A stretch of 64,000 bases of DNA. Origin: Octopus sinensis. Lineage: Eukaryota. Both the position numbers and the translations under genes were made by a program. This document shows, one piece after another, positions 42,201-52,921 of this stretch (the stretch's first letter is position 1; the number at the start of each line of letters is the position of its first letter). The stretch spans positions 15,562,001 through 15,626,000 of the forward strand of contig NC_043018.1 of NCBI RefSeq assembly GCF_006345805.1, given 5' to 3'. The notes under the pieces are model-generated. The model did no database searches, was not told the origin of the DNA, and saw only the letters and a list, made by a program, of their open reading frames with translations.

Positions 42201-43318
42201 CAATTATATCGACCCCAGTGTTTCACTGGTACTTAATTTATCAACCCCGAAAGGATGAAATTCAAAGTCAACCTTGGCAGAATTTGACCCAAGGTTCTGT
42301 TAGAAAGACACTTGGCCATGGTGCCAAGCTGTAAGAATGAACTTGAAACCATGTGGTTAAAGAGTAAACTTCATTGCCACATGATCATGCATGTTCCCTA
42401 CTGTTAATTAAATGAGTAAAATTTAATTGAATTCAGTGATTAAATATTTTTGTTTATTTCATTCTTTCTTTTCCTGTTTCTTTCTAGTCCGGCAAATGCA
42501 ACTAATTGTTCTAATTTTCTTGCGAATTGAGAATAACCTCTTGATCACAACAACTGCTAACTTTTCGGTGTTTGGCAACCCTGGCTTGGTCGAAGGACCA
42601 AGGAAAGGCAAATACATTAACTTAAAGCAAGATGGACAATATCTTCAGCTATCTAGTACCCCGACTTGTTTGCAAGACCCCAGCCTGTGTCCGTATGGTC
42701 TATCAGTTTCATTTGATTTGAAAATCACTGATATGAAGAGAAGCTTTACAATTCTCTCAACAAGTTCTGAAACTGCCTTAGGACAAGGTGTCAAGGTAAA
42801 CGCATTATATTTCCCATTCTTTTTGTTGTTGTTGTTGATGTTGTTTTCCTTGGCTATACTACACACATAGCAGTCGTTTCACATACCAAGAAAACATTAC
42901 CACAGTCTACACCCCCCCACTACCACCACCACCACAACTCCCTCTAACCATGAACAATACAAATCAAACCTCAAACTTCACTAAAAATGCTATGTCCTAC
43001 TGCTCAGAAGTATAGTATGGTTTACCTGTGCAGGTGTGGCAGGGGCAGTTAGTTTTGTTTATTATTACTGCCTTTTACCTCTTTCTTGTTTCAGTTATTG
43101 GACTGTGGCCAAGCTGGGGCTCTTATTTGAAGTGTTTTAGCAGAAGGAATCAACCATCAACCCACCCCCAGCACTTATTTTGTTTAAGCTTCGTACTCAT
43201 TCTATTGGTCCCTTTTATCAAACTGCTAAGTTATAGGAACATAAACAAACAAACACAATGGAGGACAAAGACATGTACACCCCCCCCCCCACACACACAC
43301 ATATTTGCATACACACGT

Positions 43319-43358
<40 letters not shown>

Positions 43359-46300
43359 TCATTCACACGCATGCACACACACACAGGAATGGATCTCAAC
43401 CTGAAGCAAAGGGTTGAAAGCAATGAACATGTTTCAGACTTATCAAATCTCCTCAAGAAAGCATTTGCTTCTAAATTGACAGACTTGTGAATTGATCAGT
43501 ATGTTTTGGATGAGATAGAATGTTGTGATTTTGATTATGATTATCAACAACAAGGCAGAGAGGGAAAATATCTCAGTGGACCGTTCAGTACACCAAATCT
43601 AAATATGGCAGATATTCCTAAATCAAACAGAATGGCATGAAAATCTTTGATTATACAAAATTGTTCCTACAAATCAGTAGACAAAGTTTTTAGACATTTC
43701 TAGGTACCCCTTAGAAGTGTTTAGAATCTAAAAAAGGAAGAAACTGCAATATCATCAATAAAGTGGAATATTCAGAAAATAAAAATAATGTATAAGGGAA
43801 AATTAATTTCAGTTCAGATCTGTCTTTACTCTTTTACTTGTTTCAGTCATTTGACTGTGGCCATGCTGGAGCACCGCGTTTAGTTGAGCAAATTGACCCC
43901 AGGACTTATTCTTTGTAAGCCTAGTACTTATTCTATTGGTCTCTTTTGCCGAACCGCTAAGTTACAGGGATGTAAATACACCAGCATCGGTTGTCAAGTG
44001 ATATTGGGGGGACAAACACAGACACTCAAATCACACATATACATATACATACATACGACGGGCTTCTTTCAGTTTCCGTCTACCAAATCCACTCACAAGG
44101 CTTTGGTCGGCCCGAGGCTATAGTAGAAGACACTTGCCCAAGGTGCCACGCAGTGGGACTGAACCCAGAACCATATGGTTGGTAAGCAACCTACTTACCA
44201 CACAGCCACTCTTACGCCTATCTCTCTCTTTATTTTTTTTTTATAAATAAATCAATTTATGATGAGTTACTAGTGCAACATTTTTAATAAAAACCTGTTG
44301 ACATTCACTATTTTTATGGTCCCTTTCCTCTACTTTTTACAGATTTTCTACTCTGATTACAAACTTTATGTCAGCATTGTCAAAGGTAAAAAACACTGGA
44401 CAGTCTTCACTTCGGTGAAAAACGAGAAAAAATTTTTCTATGCGGGATTTTCTTGGAACGAGCAATTTGGTCTGTCAATTTACGTCAATGGTGCGAAGGC
44501 AGCTGAGACAGTGAAATTCACTGAACAAGAAACGGCAGCTCCAAGTTCCACCCACATATTCATTGGAACAACATTTGAGAAAAAAGTTTTTGGTCGTTTC
44601 ATAAGCGGAGCATGGACAATTGTTACTGCTGTAAAACAAGTGAGAGAATATCAAAACTTGGATACTGGTAAGAATTCTTTCAGCAACATTTTTGAAAATT
44701 TTAGATTAAGAAGCTGACAACAAACGTTCTATTTTTGCGAATGAAAATCTAAAACAAAATCCTTCCTCTATTAATAGATGCACCTTAGCATATACAATGA
44801 CTATCAACAAACAAACAAACAAACGACAGCCATAGCAAACAACAAATAAACACCACCACCACCACCACTGCTACTACCTTATCTTTTATTCTATTTTTTC
44901 TCTGGATTCCTCTTTTTCTCTCTCTTTTTTTTTTTTAATAAATAAATGTTAATTCCCTTCATAACTGAAGCCAACACAGACCTTTTTACTCTCAAACATT
45001 GATGTTCTGCCCAAGCAAAAAGAATTACTTTTATAAATAAAGGAAGAATACAATGTAATATGAAAAGTTTTCAAACAATAGTAAATCTCAGAGCGAGTTA
45101 TAAACAGTAGCAGCAACACTTCGTGATGTATATTTGCCATTAAATATGGCTAACCCCTAAGGGTGGATGCTACTGTAGTTTGTAGCCCCAGGAGGACACC
45201 TCCTCCAGCTGGCTATAGACACACTTTCTGTGCCCTATCAGTATTTGTGAAGGGAAGCCATCCTTCCCGTCTTCAACTTATGATACACACGGACTCGAGT
45301 TTCAGGGTATTGACCCGTCATCGGTGTGTGACAATGACAGTTGTCGATGAGAATTAGGTTCCCTTCACAAATACATATACTTTTTCCAGTATCGATTGAC
45401 ACTGATATTGAAAAAGTGTAATCAAACAATGATAAATCTCAGAGCGAGTTATAAACAGTAACAGCAACACATCGGGACGTATATTTGCCATTTGAATATG
45501 GCTAACCCCTAAGGGTGGATGCTACTGTAGTTTGTAGCCCCAGGAGGACACCTCCTCCAGCTGGCTATAGACACACTTTCTGTGCCCTAGAAATCAATTA
45601 ATATTGTTTTAATGTTAATATATTTTTTTTTAGCGGCACCTGAACTTGAAACTAAACCAGAGATCAGCTTTGAATATAATAATGACACAGAAAGCAAAAG
45701 CCTGAATGCTTTGTGTCAGTTTAAACCACTGAACAGAAATGATGTCAGTTATATCCTACTGTGGAAGCTCGATGCTAAGGAAATCATTGAAGTACGCCTT
45801 CAGAGTAATGTAAACAAACATCAACTGCCTGAAGACATGATTCCACGGTTCCAGTTTGGCAGCAAGGTAAGGAAACTAATCTTATCATCATCATCATCAT
45901 TTTCATGTAACATCCATTTTAGATCCTAGCATGGGTTGGACTGTTGGACAGCCGACCAATGCTTTGTGAGTGGATTTGGTAGACAGAAACTGAAAGAAGC
46001 CTGTCGTATATATATGTATATATATGTATGTGTGTGTGTGCGTGTTTGTGTTTGTCCCCCTAGCATTGCTTGACAACCAATGCTGGTGTGTGTTTATGTC
46101 CCCGTCACTTAGCGGTTCGGCAAAAGAGACTGATAGAATAAGTACTGGGCTTACAAAGAATAAGTCCCGGGGTCGATTTGCTTGACTAAAGGCAGTGCTC
46201 CATTTTGGTATTGTCTCTATGGCTGGATGCCCTTCCTAATGCCATTCACTTTATAGAGTATATTGGGTGCTTTTATGGGGCATCAGCACCCATCAGCCTG

Positions 46301-47136
46301 CAAGATTAGGAATTCTCAGCTGGAGAGGGATGCAGGGGACATGCTTGTATGCAAGGACAACCACAAGTTTACTTAAAGTAATTAAGACTGGCCTAATTTT
46401 CAAAAGCTTAAGCATCTGAGAAACATCGTTAAAGGGATTGTATTTTCTCAGCTCTTATGTTTAAAGATGAAATGTAAAGTAAATGTAAATATTTGAAACT
46501 GGTCTCACCTCTCATATTAACAAATCTGTCATGCCTCAAGTCCTGGGACTCATGCAGTGAGTTGCCCAGTCTCCATGGTGTATGAGTGGTCGAGATCACA
46601 ACGTCCCTCCTGGGTGCGATGCCAGTCCATTGCAGGATTATTCATTTACATCAGAATGGACTGGGACAAAGTGTAATGAAGTGTTTTGGCTCAAGAACAC
46701 AACGCATCACTCAGTCTGGGAAGAGAAACCATAATCTTGCCCCTGTGAGTGCAACACCCAAACCACAAGGCCGTGCAGCTTCACTTCTTCTTCTAAAGAT
46801 GGAGTTTAGTTGGGAATGTGGAGTGAAGTTCTGATGTGGATCTTGAATTAGGGAATAATGTCATTACTATTAGATTCTTTGTTGAAATAAAGAACTATAC
46901 AAATATCTATGACTGGAGAGTGAATAATCAATGATTGCCCAGTGACCCCTCTATTTTCATTCATGAATATCACATGTTCTGTTCAACTTCATCATTTTTC
47001 TTGATTGTGTTAACATCCATACCCAGTTCATGAAGAAAGGGTGGACAATGAATTTGTTACATGGTTTAACCTTGCCTTAACATGACTTTAGCTGAGTCTG
47101 TTGCTACCATTCAGATCATGGCACTGGTTTCTTTTG

Positions 47137-47174
<38 letters not shown>

Positions 47175-50100
47175 ATTCAACTTTAAGTCATCACCTGTTT
47201 AAATCAGCACCAGGTGTCTGTAATACCTAAATATTCTCCCTTTTTAACTATTTCTAATCAAGTCGTGATTTTCTCACCCATTTTTTTTTCTATACTGATA
47301 TAGATTTGACACAATATTTTGATGCAGTATTCTATGGCTGGATGCTTTTCCTGTTGCAAACCTTACTTCTTTCCAATTAAAATATTTGTGTCTTTGCTGT
47401 ATCCCCTGGTGAACTGTTCAATGGCCAGGCATGTTTTCACTACAGCCACACACAATGACACTGCTGCCATTGTTTTATGCTAAAGCATGTAAAGTGTGTC
47501 AGCACAAAAGGGAAGTTGAAGGACACAAACGGACAGTTGTGAGCAGTGGTTCTCAACTGGGTTCCAACAAGGCCCCCGAGGGTCCCTATAAGATTTTTAG
47601 GTGTCTGCACAACAAAAGAATAAATTGGAGATCTGCAATAGTATTTTAAAGGAACCTGAAAAAAATTTGCTTCAGATGTTTGTGTTGGTATATATTACAA
47701 GAAACAGCTAGTTTTGTTTCCCCCTAACATTTTACGTAGCTCAACCTACACTACCGTCAGAAATTAATTAGCACCCTTGATTTGCTCTTCACTCAAGGTA
47801 TGTGCTGTCACCTAGTGGCCATATCTCGAACTATTGCTTTGTTGCGAGTTCACTGTTGCGCAGAACGATGACGTAACTTTGTTTGCAGAGCAGTTTGAGA
47901 GTCTACAGCCTTATGATGTTGACATAGCAGTGCAACAACTTGGAGTGCGGATGCAGACAAATCTTCCTTTGTTTAATAGATATAGGTAGCGCCTTGCAAG
48001 GACCGAAATCACACCATACTAAGTTTTCTCATCGCGTAAGACGTTTTGAACAGCTCATAAGGTTAATTGATTTAACCTATTTAATGTAGAAATTTGAGAA
48101 GTGCTAATTAATTTCTGACGCAAGTGTATACAGGTTAAAATGTGAACGACAAAATAGGAATTTTGAAAGAAGTTTTAATAAAACTAGTTTTTAAACATAA
48201 AAAGCACCATCCGTTTGTGGCCGTTTGCCAGCTCTGTCTGGCACCTGTGCAGATGGCTCGTAAAAAGCACCCACTACACTCACGGAGTGGTTGGCGTTAG
48301 GAAGGGCATCCAGCCATAGAAACACTGCCAGATCTGACTGGGCCTGATGAAGCCTTCCAGCTTCACAGACCCCAGTTGAACCGTCCAACCCATGCTAGCA
48401 TGGAAAACGGACGCTAATCGATGATGATGATGATGATGATGATGAATGGCTATAGGGGTCTACCAGAATAAAATGGTAATCAAAGGAGTACAGAGATAAA
48501 AAAAATGGTTGAGATCCTCTGGTCATACACACACAGTTTCCATTTATCAGCTTCGTGCACATGACATTGCTTCATGTAAAAGAATAGCAGAATGGTTCTT
48601 GTATAATGTGGCATTGCTTTATGTAAGGGAACAGCAAAAAGACACTTGTTCACAGTTCCATGCAGCATGAATGAACCCAAAACCACAAGCTTGCAAAGCA
48701 AACACTTTAACCACAAACTAATATCTGCACTAATCTACTTGTAATTAAGTCGTTAACCTAATCATAAATTGTTTTTTACAGTTAATTTGTCAAGTGTCTA
48801 CATGTCTGTCTAACATGTGTGATGTGACGGGCAGTAAATGGATAGACAGTATACCAATTGTACCACAGATTTATGTAAGTAGATCTTTGCAGTTGTTTTT
48901 AGTTTTTAGTATACAATCGTTCCAAGGAACTTTGCTTTTCATCATTTCAAAACCAAAAAAGTATCACTCCAATACTGGGATCATCTCTTTCTCATTGGAA
49001 GATATTAGCTTGTTCAGACCTGGATGAACCCTAACCCTAAAACCACACAATATATCATGACTGTATCCCAGTGGCCCCATCAAGAGTAGAGGGCCTGTGA
49101 TGAGGGTCTGCCTTGTTTACTCATTGTTCTCCTTATTTTTCGATCTGTTACAGCTAAAAACCAAAACACTTACAATCAGAGAAGGCCAAGGAGCAGCTGA
49201 TATTCAAGTTCAAATAGACTTCCCTCCACGCTTGTTGTGTGAACCAAAAGACAGGAAAGAGTTCTGCCAGTTAAATATACACCCAGTTCTACCGGAAGTG
49301 AAGGCTGACATCAAATGTCCCCAAACTAACCATCATGTGAGTCAGGCAGTGTTTGGCTGGAAAGGAATGCTTTCTGACAAGCAGAAATTCTGTCAGTACC
49401 ATGTGGACATGACGCTGTCATATTCCGTCATCACGATCCCCGTCAGTGCAAGCCTTGATGCCTTAATTGATAAGAAGCAACAAAGGAAAATCGAAGTGTT
49501 TGCAGACATTATGATTGATGAAATATCCGACTCGGTTAAATCACTTGGCAAAGTTGATGTAAGTAAATTCTTCTTCTTCTTCTTCTTCTTCTTCTTCTTC
49601 TTCTTCTCCTCCTCCTCTTCCTCCTTCTCCTCCTTCTTCTTCTCCTCTTCCTCCTCCTCTTCCTCCTTCTCCTTCTTCTTCTCCTCTTCCTCCTTCTCCT
49701 TCTCCTCCTTCTCCTCCTCTTTCTCCTTCTTCTTCTCCTCCTCCTCCTCCTCCTCCTTCTTATTCTTCTTCTTCTCCTCTTTCTCCTCCTCCTCCTCCTT
49801 CTCCTCTTTCTTCTTCTTTTTCTTCTCCTCCTCTTTCTCCTCCTCCTCCTTCTTCTTCTTCTTCTTCTTCTCCTCTTTCTTCTTCTTCTTCTTCTTCTTC
49901 TCCTCTTTCTCCTCCTCCTCCTCCTTCTTCTTCTTCTCCTTTCTTCTTCTCCGTCTTCTTCTTGTTCTTGTTCTTGTTCTTCTTCTTGTTCTTCTTCTTC
50001 TTCTTCTCCGCCTTCTTCTTCTTCTTCTCCGTCTTCTTCTTCTTCTTCTTCTTCTTCTTCTTCTTCTTCTTCTCCGCCTTCTTCTTCTCTTCTTCTTCTT

Positions 50101-50555
50101 CCTTTTCTTCTTATTCTCCTCCTCCTCCTTCTTCTTTTCTTCTTCAAAATATGTACTAAACAAAGTACTTGCGACTGGTATACTCCACAAAGACCCAAGA
50201 ATGCTGCACCACAACAGCAGGAGGGCTACAAGTAAAATGGGGGAAACCAGTCAACAGATATAAATTCGAAGCAGGTTTGACCAGTTAACTTTCTCTCTCA
50301 CTTCTTTTTCAGATCAATATTGAAGACAACGATTCATTAGCATTGTGTCGTTCTATTAACGATCCTCACATGACAACATTTGATGGAAGGTAAGACATTT
50401 CCTGATATTTCAAAAAATAGGTAATTTTTAAACAAACAGAAATCTCTGAAGATCGCTGGGTCCCAATTCCTGAATATGCACATGAAACCATACTGGGTTC
50501 TGTTTAAATAATTACATCTGTTCTTAGACACTTTTATACTGAAATATATATCTGT

Positions 50556-50601
<46 letters not shown>

Positions 50602-52289
50602 ATGAGTAGTTGTATGTATGTTTATATATGGCTCAGTGGTTAGAGTATTGAACCATATATATATATATATCTTTATATATAAAAGTGAGGGTGTGTGCTG
50701 TCTGTCTCCTACGATTTAGATTCCTAACTACTCCCACATTTTGCGGTGCAGTGTAACCAAAAGCGGGTATCTGATAGTCGTGATTCATATCGAGCCCTTC
50801 TGGGTATTAGCGCGCATCTACGATGAGTCTACGATTTAAAAAAAAATTTCCCATCAATTTTTCCCATTTTTAATGCAGTTTTGGCATATATAAGGGAAGT
50901 AACTCTCTAAAAATTTATTATTTAATCTCAGAACGTAAAAAGCTACAGTAACCCCCCCCCCCCTTTGTGGTTAGCCATATTGAGATGGCTATTATACTTT
51001 ACATCTCTAAAAATGCTTATATAGTTATTTCCCTTACAAACCCGAGCAACGCCGGGCGATACTGCTAGTATATATATATATATATGAATAAATAAATAGG
51101 CTCTGCTATATACATTGAATACTTTATTTTCATGTTTGAAAATGGAAATACATTTAGACATAATATAAGGTTTCTAATTTTTTTTCATATCTTTTTTTTT
51201 TTACCATTTATCAGGCATTACAATAACTTCTTTGAGGGTGAATTTGTCCTGTACAAGCATAAAACCTTACCATATGAGGTAATTATACAGTATTTCTAAT
51301 TGACATTTTTTAAATATCTAATGAAATGTACTGCTTCTGTCTTTTAATTAACTTCCAAATAATAAAGAATTTGTAACAACTTAAAATTTCAATTAAATTT
51401 ATTTTATTATGGGGTAGGACCGTCTTTGGCAGTAATCACAGCTTGAATTCTACGAGGTATGGACTCGTACAAAGTTTGAATTGTTTCCAAAGGAATTTTT
51501 GTCCATTCTTCAGCTAAACCAGTCTCCAGTTCTTGTAGTGATGATGGTAGGGGATATCGACTCTTTACTTGTTTTGCTAAAATGCACCATAAATGTTCAA
51601 TAGTATTGAGATCTGGGGACTGTGGTGGCCAGATAAGATGTTCAACTTCACTAGAATGTTCCTCATGCTATTCAGTAACAACTTTAGCTGTTTGAACTGG
51701 TACATTTTCATCCTGAAAGATTGTGTTACCCTCTAGAAACAGTTCTCCAACCATAGGATGAATTTGATCAGATAAAATGCTTAAATAGTCTTGACTATTA
51801 ATTCTGCCATGAAGGGAAACCATTGGGCCTGTGGATTTCTAAGATATTTCAAAATTATGATGCTATGATGTTTCCATTATTTTGTCTAACCCCTGTATAT
51901 ATATATAGGTGCAGTCAGGTCTCTATGGTGGTAAGAAGTTTGCTTCCTAACCACATGGTTTCAGGTTCAGTCTTACTATGTGACACCTTGGGCAAGTTTC
52001 TCCTACAATAGCCCCGAGCCAATCAAAGCCTTTAGTGGATTTGGTAGATTGAAACTGAAAGAAGCCTATTATATATAGTTATATATATATTTCTCTGTTT
52101 GTTTGGTGTCAGTATTTGTCCCTCTTCATTGCTTCATAACAGGTGTCAGTGTGTTTACATCCCTGTAACCTAGCAGTTCAGAAGAGGAGACCAATGCGAT
52201 AAGTGACTTGCTTAAAAACAAACACAAATGCTGCGATTGACTTATTTGACTAAAATTCTTCAAAATGGTGCATAATGAGAGAAACAAGT

Positions 52290-52326
<37 letters not shown>

Positions 52327-52870
52327 CATGATAGTAATAAATAAGTCATACAAGCAGTGCTATTTGTTTCCAGTTTTCCATGGAAACATATCTAGTTATG
52401 GGGAAATATTACCTTATTTGGAAATAGCTGCAAGTTGGTAAAAGGAAGAGCCTCTGGCTGTAGGAAATCTGCCCTAATGACCTTCATCTGATCCATTTCA
52501 GCCAAGAAAAGAGGATGTCAAAATATTGATACTGATGAAATGATGATGATATGTGTATATATGTATATATATTATTTTGCAGATACATTCATTCTACCGT
52601 AATTGCAATGGACGTGCTTCTTGTAACTGTGCTGTAGCTATTAAATCCGATGATGATGTCATTGTGTTTGACCGCTGCGGGGCAAGCGCTGGAGCAGTTG
52701 CTAAGAAATCAGAAATTCTGAGAAAGATTTACTTAAATGGAGAACTGAACCCAGGAACTAAAATCCTCCAGTTTGGAGAAGGAAGAAAATATCAGGTACG
52801 GTTGATTACTAACAGGTTGTCTTCTGTCTTGTCTTTTTAAAGTAACTCCATCTTTATGCATGTATCAGAA

Positions 52871-52921
<51 letters not shown>

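Noticed and set aside
49027-49044. Telomere-like ccctaa repeats
   Set aside because: Only about two units; expected by chance.
49393-50263. Long poly-K/R/E and poly-F/S/L ORFs, including the tail of the 388-aa ORF
   Set aside because: Read-through into the (TTC/TCC)n tract; the real exon ends at the 49558 donor.
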